Of a stretch of DNA of 64,000 nucleotides, positions 40,301-49,464 are shown piece by piece. The stretch is from Candidatus Heimdallarchaeum endolithica (GTDB lineage Archaea > Asgardarchaeota > Heimdallarchaeia > Heimdallarchaeales > Heimdallarchaeaceae). A model generated the notes under the pieces. It made no database searches and was not told where the DNA came from. It was given only the letters and a program-made list of their open reading frames with translations. Position numbers and translations under genes: made by a program. The stretch spans positions 658,117 to 722,116 of the forward strand of contig CP084167.1 of assembly GCA_021513715.1 (NCBI GenBank), in the 5' to 3' direction. Numbering within the stretch: position 1 is the first letter of the stretch; each line of letters opens with the position of its first letter.

Positions 40301-40481
40301 CTGTGGACTGTTTAACTGAGGTCAAATTATCTTGTGAATTTGTTGTTGTAATATCTTGATAATTTGATAACACTAATAATACAATAAGCGTTGTAGATAA
40401 AATTATTCTCTTTTTTATAATAAAATTGAATAGCTCATCAAAAATATGACGCCATATTTCATTTTTTTTTGAATTAATCAT
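37356..40481 (-). CDS. Large surface-anchored repeat protein: beta-propeller (FG-GAP/PQQ-like) blades plus thrombospondin-type-3-like calcium-binding repeats
   Basis: N-terminal signal/anchor; 8 copies of YTTGGDIDSSPAIADINGDGKLDVIIGS..DDRIYVLNGENGTVIWS; 5 copies of DTDTDNDGMPDGWEVLYNLDPLTSNANEDDDNDGLTNIEEYTYYTDPT; TM helix; cytoplasmic tail with a duplicated 32-aa unit. Confidence 0.75.
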   Translation of the reverse strand: MINSKKNEIWRHIFDELFNFIIKKRIILSTTLIVLLVLSNYQDITTTNSQDNLTSVKQSTDSFYLPSFSYSLPLSEQQISLSSSVNSLTSNRLWYYKTNNYIVSSCSAADIDNDGVTEVIVGSVDNTIYVIGKFGLLEWSYTTGAAIHSSPAIADINGDGKLDVIIGSRDDRIYVLNGENGTVIWSYTTGYDIDSSPAIADINGDGKLDVIIGSKDDRIYVLNGQNGTVIWSYTTGGDIDSSPAIADINGDGKLDVIIGSRDDRIYVLNGENGTVIWSYITGYDICASPAIADINGDGKLDVIIGSYDSLVYALNGENGTVIWSYTTGGVIYSSPAIADINGDRKLDVIIGSRDDRIYVLNGQNGTVIWSYTTGGDIDSSPAIADINGDRKLDVIIGSKDDRIYVLNGQNGTVIWSYTTGGDIDSSPAIADINGDGKLDLLIGSFDYSIYALEFEPSGINVFWQGLSGTGNFSRTNNLADVDPDNDSLSSFLEDYLGTNPKKADTDEDGMSDGWEVLYNLDPLTSNANEDDDNDGLTNIEEYTYYTDPTDTDTDNDGMPDGWEVLYNLDPLTSNANEDDDNDGLTNIEEYTYYTDPTDTDTDNDGMPDGWEVLYNLDPLTSNANEDDDNDGLTNIEEYTYYTDPTDTDTDNDGMPDGWEVLYNLDPLTSNANEDDDNDGLTNIEEYTYYTDPTDTDTDNDGMPDGWEVLYNLDPLTSNANEDDDNDGLTNIEEYTYYTDPTDTDTDNDGLTDEEEVNTYYTDPTDTDTDNDGFSDKIELIFNTNPLKSSSNPLKFYIIPIGSLFLLFIVGLVFFIRYRLNKRKMNLEILQTNAPSYDIAKKIKDGGFSNYEEYEEAQKLGAENKERFELTKKLGAPSYDIAKKIKDGGFSNYEEYEEAQKLGAENKNGLIFVKKMKAPDFTSASKASKNGFPDYPTYQQALNEGFDSFAEWQMSIKRRNTLGGLAKRAKKVSIQDLVDALEFTNRGALYRWLVTLPEDLLVIDGEMVIFTFASGSKEEITEAIDRLLNEFSSFERSNEGKL
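38150..38960 (-). repeat. Intragenic tandem repeat, 144-bp unit, about 5.5 near-identical copies
   Basis: Unit recurs at 38371, 38515, 38659, 38803, 38947 (period exactly 144 bp); encodes the 48-aa Asp-rich repeat. Confidence 0.85.
39100..40080 (-). repeat. Intragenic tandem repeat, 138-bp unit, 7-8 near-identical copies
   Basis: ATCTGCGATAGCAGG recurs at 39189, 39327, 39465, 39603, 39741, 39879, 40017 (period exactly 138 bp); encodes the 46-aa propeller blade. Confidence 0.85.
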
Positions 40482-40596
40482 ATTTATAACCTTTACATTT
40501 ATATATTACAGATTCTCTGTTAAGAACTGCTTATTTATAAGTTGTAAATAATAAAGTGAAAACAAATATAAATAATTTACTTAATTTTTTCTCGGT

Positions 40597-40700
40597 TCTT
40601 TGTTCACTCAATAGACTTGGATTACACTTTTGGGCACTAGAGAAACATAGGGGTGATTCATAAATTTTTCTCCAGGAGTAAGGAGGTTAAGAGACTAATG
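40597..40700 (-). pseudogene. 3'-terminal fragment of an IS481-like transposase gene
   Basis: Reverse complement of 40621-40700 is near-identical to 44540-44627 (…TPGERFMNHPYVSLVPKSVTQVY*). Confidence 0.6.
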
Positions 40701-40729
40701 AGGTCAACTAAAATTGTAGTAAAAAAGTA

Positions 40730-41270
40730 AATCATGTCTAAAAAGTCTATTTCTTGACTTACACTGCCTGAAGGAGCAAAAGGTAATTGTAGCAGATTAG
40801 AGGACTGTAGAAAGTATTAAGGACACAAGAAGGTAAACGATCAAGGATAGGGGAAGAGAGATTTTGAGGAAACCGAAAACATGTTCAACACTACTACGAT
40901 ATTCAGGGTGATGATTATAGTTATTGAGACCAGAATAAAGACGATGAGCATGGTCTTATCCCTATTATTTATCCTAAAACTAACGCTCGTTATTCTGGTT
41001 ATCCACCATTTGTATCTATAGTCCATGAGTTGAAATTTTACGTAATTTCTTCAGGACTCTCCCCAACCAATCAACAAACTTAGCGAAAGTTGTGAAGACT
41101 GGCTTAAGAGAACATGAAAGACACAGTCTTAATTAAGTTCTCTAAGGGGTTCATCTCCTTATCCCGGGCACTCATAACTCCCAAAGGGAAGACCGGGTGT
41201 CGTAGGAGTGAAACCTACGTCTTTAAGCATATAGCTCAAGACACTAGATAAATTAGAATTAAATATATAA
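40730..41270 (-). pseudogene. 5'-truncated, indel-bearing copy of the IS4/IS5-like DDE transposase gene
   Basis: Minus-strand AHRLYSGLNNYNHHPEYRSSVEHVFGFLKISLP... aligns with the C-terminal half of the transposase at 48491-49435; degenerate right inverted repeat at about 40729-40747. Confidence 0.6.
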
Positions 41271-41286
41271 AGATAGCTGAAAAGTT

Positions 41287-41892
41287 GTGACACTCCCTAA
41301 TATCGTGTATGTATTCTTTATTTTTGCAAATGTGTTTCAGGTTGTTATTGGTCTGATAACTCCACAAACTAAAAATTTAGTTTATTACGTAAAAAAGTAT
41401 CTCATGGACATAGTAGGTCCTACAGCTGAAATTAATGAATTAAGTGTTATTACAAAAACAGGTGATATTAGTGTTAATTCACACACTACTGAAAATGTTA
41501 CAATTAACAACATTATGCTTATTTCAACTACAGGTATTATTCATTTTAGTTTAAGTGATGAAGGAATAAATTATATAAGCAATGCTCTTTCAACCACTAC
41601 TACAGGAAAGATAGAGTTCGATTTTGGAAATAATTGCACTTACAACGGAACAGAAATTAACCTTTCAACAACAACAGGAAAAATAGTTGTTTATTGTACA
41701 AATATGAATTACTTAGTCAATGTATCGTGGTTAATTTCTACAACTACTGGTTCTGTTTATGCAAATATTACTCAAGATTTTATTATTGAAAATCAATTAC
41801 AAGTTTCGTTTTTCATTACAGTAAATACTGGTTCAATAGAAGTATTAACTACTTTTCATGAAGAGCTTTTTTGTACATTTTTGTCAAATTAA
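41287..41892 (+). CDS. Hypothetical protein with STTTGKI repeats (DUF4097/adhesin-like)
   Basis: Three to four repeats of STTTG(K/S)I in a beta-rich sequence; GTG start, so the true start is uncertain. Confidence 0.35.
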   Translation: MTLPNIVYVFFIFANVFQVVIGLITPQTKNLVYYVKKYLMDIVGPTAEINELSVITKTGDISVNSHTTENVTINNIMLISTTGIIHFSLSDEGINYISNALSTTTTGKIEFDFGNNCTYNGTEINLSTTTGKIVVYCTNMNYLVNVSWLISTTTGSVYANITQDFIIENQLQVSFFITVNTGSIEVLTTFHEELFCTFLSN

Positions 41893-42430
41893 AAAATTGG
41901 TGTTTAAATAGTGAAAAGACATTATTAATGTAGAGAGTGAAAAAAAAAGATAGATGTTAAGAAAAATACTTACTCTCTAAGCTGGCACGGCGTGTCAGGA
42001 TAAAAAAAACATGCGCATAAAGAAAGAAATCAAAGAAAATTTGAATACGACTTAACTTTCCCGTGTGAGAGGATTTATTCATCCAGTTTCCACGGTGGAG
42101 GAGTGCTCAACCTTCTCCTCTGGCTCAATGAGTGTTTAGATCTCCCTCCTAGACAGATCTTTCCGAGAGCAAGATTGGCGTACAAAAATATTGTACAAAA
42201 ATTAAGTTGATGAAGATATAGGCTACCTTTTTGAAGCAAATACAGCTACAGGTACAATAAGCATTCCTAGTCAATCAACAAACTATGATACAGCTCTTAA
42301 CAAATACTATTTCTCTCTGCACACCAGTACTGGAGACATAAAAGCAGAGGTATAATCTACTACTTCTTTTTTTTGTTTTTTCTTTTCTAACTTACAATAA
42401 ATTAAAAAATGAACAAATAATTTTTTTTCT

Positions 42431-43576
42431 ATGAACGAAAAATACATCGATCAAATCAGAGCAAATTCTCCGACTTTAAATCAAGTAACTTTTTTAAATC
42501 ATGCAAGTACAGCACCCTTACACGGTAGAACACAGCAAGCGTTTCATGATTATTTGAATCAGTGGTCTAAGTATGATTTTGCTGAATCCAAAGAAAAGAG
42601 TCAACTAGCTCGTGAGGAATTTGCTAAACTAATTGGTGCTTCAAAGGAAGAAATACTTTTTACTTCTGATGTTACTCAAGGTACCAATCTTGCCGTTCAT
42701 ATGTTAGATTATGATGAAAAAAGTAACATTGTATGTTATTGGAATGATTATGCAGGACAAGTACATAGTGCTCTTTTCTTAAATAAAAAGAAAAAAATAG
42801 AATATCGTCCAGTCCCAGATCGTGAAGGTTACATTTATCCTGATGACTTTGCTGAAAAAATAGATAAGAATACTAAAATTGTTCTTTTGTCTCATGTTCA
42901 ATGGATTACTGGGTTTAAATCTGATATCAAAGAAATAACTAAAATTGCTCATGAAAATGGTGCCATGATTCTTGTAGATGTTATTCAGAGTTCAGGTGTG
43001 CTCGAGATTGATGTTAAAGACTGGGATGTTGATTTTCTTACTTCAGGAGTAGCTAAATGGCTTTTAGGACCAAATCAAGCAGGTTTCTTTTACATGAAAA
43101 AAAAGTTAATTGATGAATACGATCCACCTTTACCTGGTTACCAAGGAGCTGATTACGGCTCGATTGACTCACCTTATTGGAATGTTAAACAGATAGAATA
43201 TAGAGAAGGTATTGACAAGTTTCAAATTGCAAATATTGGACCAATGATGTATCAGATTGCATATGAAGGTATGAAAATAATCACTGAATATGGAATAAAA
43301 AAGGTGGAAAAAAGAGTTTTAGATTTAACTTCTTACCTTATCGAGAGAATTCAAGAACTTGGCAATTATGAGTTTTTAAGTCCTATTGAAGATAAATACA
43401 GAGCTGGAATTGTTAATTTCAAAGTTGAAAACAACATTGAGATAGCTAAAAAACTTTCTGAAGAAAAAGTAGTTGTTTCTTCAAGATATGGAGGAATCAG
43501 GATTAGTCCTCATTTTTATAATACCAAAGAAGACTTAGACAAATTTATAGAATTATTTAAGGCAATCAAAAAATAG
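42431..43576 (+). CDS. PLP-dependent class V aminotransferase / cysteine-desulfurase-fold enzyme
   Basis: SHVQWITGF ... ILVDVIQSSG ... SGVAKWLLGP with candidate PLP-binding Lys. Confidence 0.65.
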   Translation: MNEKYIDQIRANSPTLNQVTFLNHASTAPLHGRTQQAFHDYLNQWSKYDFAESKEKSQLAREEFAKLIGASKEEILFTSDVTQGTNLAVHMLDYDEKSNIVCYWNDYAGQVHSALFLNKKKKIEYRPVPDREGYIYPDDFAEKIDKNTKIVLLSHVQWITGFKSDIKEITKIAHENGAMILVDVIQSSGVLEIDVKDWDVDFLTSGVAKWLLGPNQAGFFYMKKKLIDEYDPPLPGYQGADYGSIDSPYWNVKQIEYREGIDKFQIANIGPMMYQIAYEGMKIITEYGIKKVEKRVLDLTSYLIERIQELGNYEFLSPIEDKYRAGIVNFKVENNIEIAKKLSEEKVVVSSRYGGIRISPHFYNTKEDLDKFIELFKAIKK

Positions 43577-43688
43577 ACTTAAATTCGCTCTATCTTACTT
43601 TTTTTGAACTCACTTATTTCTCTGTGTATACTCCACTCACATTGGTAACAAATAAATAGAAGTGGGTTACGTGGGTAAGTGATTAAAT

Positions 43689-44627
43689 ATGAATAAGACC
43701 GAACGTAACCTGGAGAAACTAAGAAAAATTGTAGTTAAAAAAGCTTTGGAAGGAGAGAAGATAAAAGAGATAGCTCACAAGTATATGGTGAGTAGGAAGT
43801 TTGTGTATAAGTGGTTGAAGAGGTTCAGAGAGAACCCTGAAGGAGAATGGTGGAAAGATAGATCCTCCAGACCAAAAACTATACACAGGAAAGTGGATGA
43901 GGAGTTAAAAGAGAGGATAAGGGAGTTAAGAATAAAACAAGGAATGAATGTGGAGAAGATAGCTTATTTGTTGAAGAGAGAAGGAAAAGCACTCTCTCAG
44001 ACGACAGTGACGAAAGTAATAAAAGAGTTAGGTCTTCCTTTATGGGTCAATAGAAAAAAGAGGAAGAGACCTCGATACAAGAGTTTTGAACGTCAAAAAC
44101 CTAACGAACTCTGGCAAATAGATGTGAAAGGACCATTCTGGGTAGAAGAACAGGGACAACATCTCCATCTCATAACCTTGATAGACGACCACTCACGATT
44201 CTGTCTGGGAGCTAAATTCCACCCTTTTGCACCAAAAAAAGAGCAGATAATAAATCTACTAGAGGAAGCAATAAAAGAGTACGGTTACCCCGAGTCTATC
44301 CTCACGGACAATGGAGCACTCTTCTCTTCCGTTAGAGGAGGAACAAGTACCTTCTCCCGTTGGTGTCAAACAGAAGGAATAAAACACATCAGAGCTAGAG
44401 TTTTTCACCCCGAAACATGTGGAAAAGTAGAAAGACTACATGGGACAATCATCCGTGAGATGGAAAGATTAGGTCTAAAATACTGCAACCCCGACCTCTC
44501 CTACTACCGCTCTTACTACAATTTTAGTCGTCCTCACCAATCTCTTAACTTCCTCACCCCAGGAGAAAGATTTATGAATCACCCCTATGTTTCTCTAGTA
44601 CCCAAAAGTGTAACCCAAGTCTATTGA
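43689..44627 (+). CDS. IS481-family-like transposase (HTH plus rve integrase core, DDE)
   Basis: N-terminal HTH; WQIDVKGPF...LIDDHSR...LTDNGALF...HPETCGKVER; GC content higher than flanking DNA. Confidence 0.75.
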   Translation: MNKTERNLEKLRKIVVKKALEGEKIKEIAHKYMVSRKFVYKWLKRFRENPEGEWWKDRSSRPKTIHRKVDEELKERIRELRIKQGMNVEKIAYLLKREGKALSQTTVTKVIKELGLPLWVNRKKRKRPRYKSFERQKPNELWQIDVKGPFWVEEQGQHLHLITLIDDHSRFCLGAKFHPFAPKKEQIINLLEEAIKEYGYPESILTDNGALFSSVRGGTSTFSRWCQTEGIKHIRARVFHPETCGKVERLHGTIIREMERLGLKYCNPDLSYYRSYYNFSRPHQSLNFLTPGERFMNHPYVSLVPKSVTQVY

Positions 44628-44722
44628 GTAAACACTCACTTATTTCTCTGCCTAAATTTTATATAGTAGTACCTTTTTATCCTCTTAATACAAATACATA
44701 TGACCAATACGGGTGATTTAAA

Positions 44723-47593
44723 TTGAAAAAAAAGAAACTTGTAGAGCCTGAGGAAGTAAAAGAAGAAGTTTATTGGCATGCGTTGAAAAAAGAAGAAATT
44801 TTTGAACGCTTAAATACTTCTGAGAATGGTCTTAGCTCTGAAGAAGTCACAAAAAGACACGAAATATACGGTTTAAATAAGATAATAATCAAAGAACGTT
44901 TTAAAATTCTAAAAATGATTATTGAACAATTTCAAGATTTCCTTGTACTGTTACTAGTTGTAGCTGGGACTATAAGTTTAGGTGTAGGTATTTCTTATTC
45001 TAGTCCTGGAAACATTTCTACTGAGATTTATGATGCAATAGCTATTTTTGCAATAGTATTTCTAAATGCAGGAATAGGATTTGCTCAAGACTATAAATCT
45101 AATCAAGCGTTAGAAAAGCTCAAAGAGTATTTTGAACAAGATGTTGTTACTATAAGAAATGGAAAGGAGTTTATTGTTCCTTCTTCAGACCTTGCTCCTG
45201 GGGATATTATAGTAATAGAAGCAGGAGATAAGGTTCCAGCGGATTGTAGAATATTGGAATTGAACAATTTGAAGATAGATGAAGCTCCTCTCACTGGAGA
45301 ATCAAAATCTATAACCAAAAACTTGGAACTTGTTAAAAAAGATGCGAGGATACATGATAGAAAAAATATGGTCTTTATGGGAACAACTTGTGTTTACGGA
45401 AGAGCTAAACTTGTAGTAGTTAAGATAGGAATGGAAACAGAGATGGGTGAAATCGCTAAGTTAACCCAAGTTAAAACAGAGATGACACCTTTACAAAAAT
45501 CTCTTGACAGATTTGGTAAAAGTCTAGGAGCAGTAATTCTGGCTTTATCTGCCGTTATAATGATAGTAGAAATTATTTCAGAGATTCATTTTTACGGTTC
45601 AGAAAAAACTGTTTTTGCGATCATTTTTGAAAGCTTTGAAACAGCGATTGCACTAGCTATTTCAGCTGTTCCAGAGGGATTAGCAGCAGCGATAGTAATC
45701 ACATTAGCTATAGGAGTATCACGTATGGCAAAAAAACGAACAATTGTTTCGAGATTACCTGCCGTTGAAACTTTAGGAAGTGTCAATTACATATGCTCTG
45801 ATAAGACTGGAACCTTAACAAGAAATGAGATGACTGTTAAAGAGATATGGACAGCTGATGATAAAAATATTGAAGTGGAGGGAAGTGGGTATCTAAAAGA
45901 GGGTAGATTTATGCAAGGAGAAAAAGAGTTTGAACCCTCAAAATCTCCTGCACTTATGAAAGTGCTAGAAATATCTTATCACTGTAATAACTCTTCTTTA
46001 ATAAGAAATGGTAATTCCATACAAGTTAGAGGAGACCCCACTGAAGCAGCTCTTTTGGTTGTAGCAGAGAAAGGTGGATTAACTGAAGCTGACAAAAAGG
46101 AAAGAATCCACGAATTGTTCTTTGATAGCGATAGAAAAAGAATGACCACAATTCACAGAGATGGAGATAAAAATATCGCTTTAATGAAAGGTTCTCCTCC
46201 TATTGTTTTACAAAGGTGTAAATACATACTAGTCAATGGAAAAGTTGAACCATTAACTGCAGAGAAACAAAAAACTATAGAAGAAGCAAATATAAATATG
46301 TCATCAAAAGCTCTTCGAGTTCTTGCTATGGCTTACCGTGAAGTTCCTGAAGAATTTGATAGAGATGACTATGACTCTATAGAAGTAGATATGATTTTTG
46401 TAGGATTAACAGGAATGATAGACCCTGCAAGACCTAATGTAAAAGAAGCAATTCAAGAATGTAAAGATGCTGGAATAACTACAATAATGATTACTGGAGA
46501 TCAAAAAGAAACAGCTGTAGCTGTAGCTAAAGAGATTGGAATTCTCACATCTGAAGAAGATCTTGTCGTAAATGGTGAAGAATTAGATTTAATGACTGAA
46601 GAAGAGTTAATAGAAAAAATAGAGAAAATAAAAGTTTACAGCAGAATGAGCCCCAAAGATAAGTACAGAGTTGTTGAAACTTTACAAAAACTGGATAACT
46701 TTGTAGCTGTAACTGGAGATGGAGTTAATGATGCACCAGCACTAAAGAAAGCAGATATAGGTGTAGCCATGGGTATTACTGGAACAGATGTTACTAAAGA
46801 AGTTGCAGATATGGTTATTACAGATGATGCTTTTAATACGATAGTCGATGCAGTAGAAGAGGGACGTAATATCTTTGCTAATATGAAGAGATTTATCAGA
46901 TATACTCTAAGTAGTAATTTTGACGAACTATTTGCAGTATTGCTTATTACCTCATGGTTAGGAGTTTTACCTTTTACTCCCCTACAGATTCTATTCCTTA
47001 ACTTGCTAACAGACGCATTACCAGCTTTAAGTTTATCTTTTGAGCCATATGATCCTAAGTTAATGAAAAAACCTCCAAGAGGAAAGCATGATTCATTCCT
47101 TCGAGAAATGTATTCTTTTGCAGCGATATCAGGTATAGTTGCTTTCTTTGCTTCTGTTTCAATGTTCTTGCTGGTTTATAACCATTTGGGACCACAAAAA
47201 TTCGGTTCGATAAGTATTCCAGAGAATAAAGAACAAATAGTAGCATATGCACAATTTATGGCTTTCATTGTAACCCTTACATTTGAGCTAGTTTTTGTAT
47301 TCATTGCAAGAAATGATAATGATGTTAAAGTATATGAAACTAATCCTTTCAAGAATATGATGCTTATCTGGGCAGTTCTTAGTTCATTTGTATTACTTGG
47401 ACTAGTAATTTTTGTTCCTGTCCTTCAACAAATATTTACATCATTCAACAACTACTACTACGTTCCTGATATAGTTGATTGGGGATGGATCTTACTTTTC
47501 ACAGTAGGATTTAATATTCTAATTGAACTTTTCAGAGAACTCATGATGACTAAAAGAATGAAGAAATTTGCTCACAAAATTGGGTTTGCTTAA
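44723..47593 (+). CDS. P2-type cation-transporting P-type ATPase
   Basis: DKTGTLT phosphorylation site, PEGL in TM4, TGDGVNDAPALKKADIGVAMG hinge; 956 aa. Start appears to be TTG at 44723; the first in-frame ATG is 65 codons downstream. Confidence 0.85.
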   Translation: MKKKKLVEPEEVKEEVYWHALKKEEIFERLNTSENGLSSEEVTKRHEIYGLNKIIIKERFKILKMIIEQFQDFLVLLLVVAGTISLGVGISYSSPGNISTEIYDAIAIFAIVFLNAGIGFAQDYKSNQALEKLKEYFEQDVVTIRNGKEFIVPSSDLAPGDIIVIEAGDKVPADCRILELNNLKIDEAPLTGESKSITKNLELVKKDARIHDRKNMVFMGTTCVYGRAKLVVVKIGMETEMGEIAKLTQVKTEMTPLQKSLDRFGKSLGAVILALSAVIMIVEIISEIHFYGSEKTVFAIIFESFETAIALAISAVPEGLAAAIVITLAIGVSRMAKKRTIVSRLPAVETLGSVNYICSDKTGTLTRNEMTVKEIWTADDKNIEVEGSGYLKEGRFMQGEKEFEPSKSPALMKVLEISYHCNNSSLIRNGNSIQVRGDPTEAALLVVAEKGGLTEADKKERIHELFFDSDRKRMTTIHRDGDKNIALMKGSPPIVLQRCKYILVNGKVEPLTAEKQKTIEEANINMSSKALRVLAMAYREVPEEFDRDDYDSIEVDMIFVGLTGMIDPARPNVKEAIQECKDAGITTIMITGDQKETAVAVAKEIGILTSEEDLVVNGEELDLMTEEELIEKIEKIKVYSRMSPKDKYRVVETLQKLDNFVAVTGDGVNDAPALKKADIGVAMGITGTDVTKEVADMVITDDAFNTIVDAVEEGRNIFANMKRFIRYTLSSNFDELFAVLLITSWLGVLPFTPLQILFLNLLTDALPALSLSFEPYDPKLMKKPPRGKHDSFLREMYSFAAISGIVAFFASVSMFLLVYNHLGPQKFGSISIPENKEQIVAYAQFMAFIVTLTFELVFVFIARNDNDVKVYETNPFKNMMLIWAVLSSFVLLGLVIFVPVLQQIFTSFNNYYYVPDIVDWGWILLFTVGFNILIELFRELMMTKRMKKFAHKIGFA

Positions 47594-47711
47594 TTTTTTT
47601 TTCATTTTATTTTGTTATTTTTCTATTAATAAATGGTTTAATGCTATTCAATAATGTAAAAAAGAAAGACTTAGTTGATTAAACTTTGTCTCACTATTAA
47701 TCCCATTTATC

Positions 47712-48296
47712 TTATTTGTCAAATAGTATTTTGATTTTATCATCTATTTCTTTAGCTTCTTGTTTTTTTCCCATTTGTGATAAAACTCTAGAAAGTAATG
47801 ATAAAATTTCCTTAGAACTTGGATTTATTTCAATTGCTTTCTTTAACAAATCTTCTGCTTCCTCCAACTTGTTTTTTTCAGCTTTTAGTTTAGCTAATTC
47901 AAAAAGAGCAGAACTATTAGTACTATCACTTTCTATTGCTTTAGTAAAAGCATTCTCTGCTTGTTCAATATTATCAAGTTTCAAGTAACACACGCCCAAA
48001 TTAAACCAAGTTATAGTGTCAGAATTGTTAATAGCTAACGCCTTATTGTAAAGTTCTAATGCTTTTTCTAAATCACCTTTTTTTTCTGTTAAAACACCTA
48101 AGTTGGTTAAACATTGAACATAATTTGGGTCATACTCCAACGCAGTCTTATATGCATTAATGGCTTCATCTATTTCTCCTTTTGACTCAAGAATCGCGCC
48201 TAGATTAAACCAACCAAAAGGGTCTGATGGATTTTCCCTTATATATTCTTTAAGATCTTCTATTATTTCAGATATTTCTTCACCCATTTTTATCAC
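47712..48296 (-). CDS. TPR-repeat protein
   Basis: Five to six canonical 34-aa TPR units (W-LG-Y-A-F-A-P pattern). Confidence 0.7.
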   Translation of the reverse strand: MIKMGEEISEIIEDLKEYIRENPSDPFGWFNLGAILESKGEIDEAINAYKTALEYDPNYVQCLTNLGVLTEKKGDLEKALELYNKALAINNSDTITWFNLGVCYLKLDNIEQAENAFTKAIESDSTNSSALFELAKLKAEKNKLEEAEDLLKKAIEINPSSKEILSLLSRVLSQMGKKQEAKEIDDKIKILFDK

Positions 48297-48460
48297 TGTA
48301 ATTATTGAACTAGAATCATTCCTTTTTTTCTTTTATATATTTTGCCTAAATAAATTTAAGAAGTAGCATTATAGTAAGATTTTTTTTTAAAATATTACCT
48401 TTTTTTTTAATGAACAATACATTTACAATAACAATTAAATATCAAATGTAATTCTAGTAT

Positions 48461-49464
48461 AAGCATGTCCAAAAATTAATTTTTATTAATGTGGGGGTTT
48501 ATGTCGGAAGTATGAATTTCTTTCAGATCATAGACCCCCACAAAGCAAGAGAATTCATAATCATTAATGAACCTTTCCTTAAGAAACTGGTGAAAGAGGA
48601 ACCGAGAGAAAGCAAGAGAGGGAGAAAGAGAATAGCAGAAAGATGGGTGATACTGGCTTTAGCAATCATTGCTAGAATAGAAGGGATAGCTTGGAGGAAG
48701 TTAGAGGAAAAGTTGTCTTTATGCGATTTTTTGATAGAAGAGGGGTGGATGAAGAAGATTCCTTCTAAATCTACTTTTCATGCAGTGTGGAGAGCGACAG
48801 AAAGTAAAATCTTAGAGCAGTGGATAATAGATTTAGGTAGGGAAATAGTGAGGAAAAAAGGCTTGAAAGCTATGGCAGTGGATAGTTCAGGGTTTAAAAT
48901 CCGTCAAGCTTCTGTTTGGCGTTTTCTCAAATGGTCAAGAGGGACACTAAAGAAAACCTCTAAACTTTTCTGGAAGATACACCTTATAGTTGGTTTACCC
49001 TCTCGAGCTATAGTCTCTCTCGCTCATTCTGCTAGTAACACTCACGATAGTAAAGTCTTCGGTTTACTCTGGCAGAAACTTCCTTCTGCACTCTTGAGAC
49101 CTTTCTTGCGATTTTATGGAGACTGTGCCTACTGGACAGAAAATATCGTTGGACTTCTTAGCCAACATTCCTTTTTCCCTGTTATTCCCCCAAAAAGTAA
49201 TGCTCGTTATCCCTCTCCTCCTCCCCTCGGACCAATAGTTCAAGCTCATCGTCTCTACCCTGGTCTGTATCGTCGTAATCATCATCCCGAGTATCGTAGT
49301 AGTATTGAACACGTCTTTGGTCTCCTTAAACTCTCTCTTCCCCCAATCCTTGATCGTTTACCCTCCACCATCCTCTCTACCTTGTACAGTTCTCTTCTCT
49401 GTTACAACTACCTTTTACTCCTTCGGACCGTTTAGTTGGTGAAAAAGAATTTTTGGACATGCTT
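48461..49464 (+). mobile_element. IS4/IS5-family-like insertion sequence (1004 bp) with perfect 17-bp terminal inverted repeats
   Basis: Left IR AAGCATGTCCAAAAATT at 48461-48477; right IR is its exact reverse complement at 49448-49464; flanked by direct repeat TAGTAT at 48455-48460 and 49465-49470. Confidence 0.8.
48491..49435 (+). CDS. DDE transposase (IS4/IS5-like)
   Basis: AVDSSGF, YGDCAY and IEHVFG...K motifs; the ATG at 48512 may be the true start. Confidence 0.75.
   Translation: MGVYVGSMNFFQIIDPHKAREFIIINEPFLKKLVKEEPRESKRGRKRIAERWVILALAIIARIEGIAWRKLEEKLSLCDFLIEEGWMKKIPSKSTFHAVWRATESKILEQWIIDLGREIVRKKGLKAMAVDSSGFKIRQASVWRFLKWSRGTLKKTSKLFWKIHLIVGLPSRAIVSLAHSASNTHDSKVFGLLWQKLPSALLRPFLRFYGDCAYWTENIVGLLSQHSFFPVIPPKSNARYPSPPPLGPIVQAHRLYPGLYRRNHHPEYRSSIEHVFGLLKLSLPPILDRLPSTILSTLYSSLLCYNYLLLLRTV

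Noticed and set aside
40560-41270. GC-rich non-coding-looking island considered as a structured RNA (RNase P, SRP or intron-like)
   Set aside because: Reverse-complement comparison shows it is homologous to the IS4/IS5-like transposase gene (48491-49435) and the 3' end of the IS481-like transposase gene (44540-44627), so it is IS debris.
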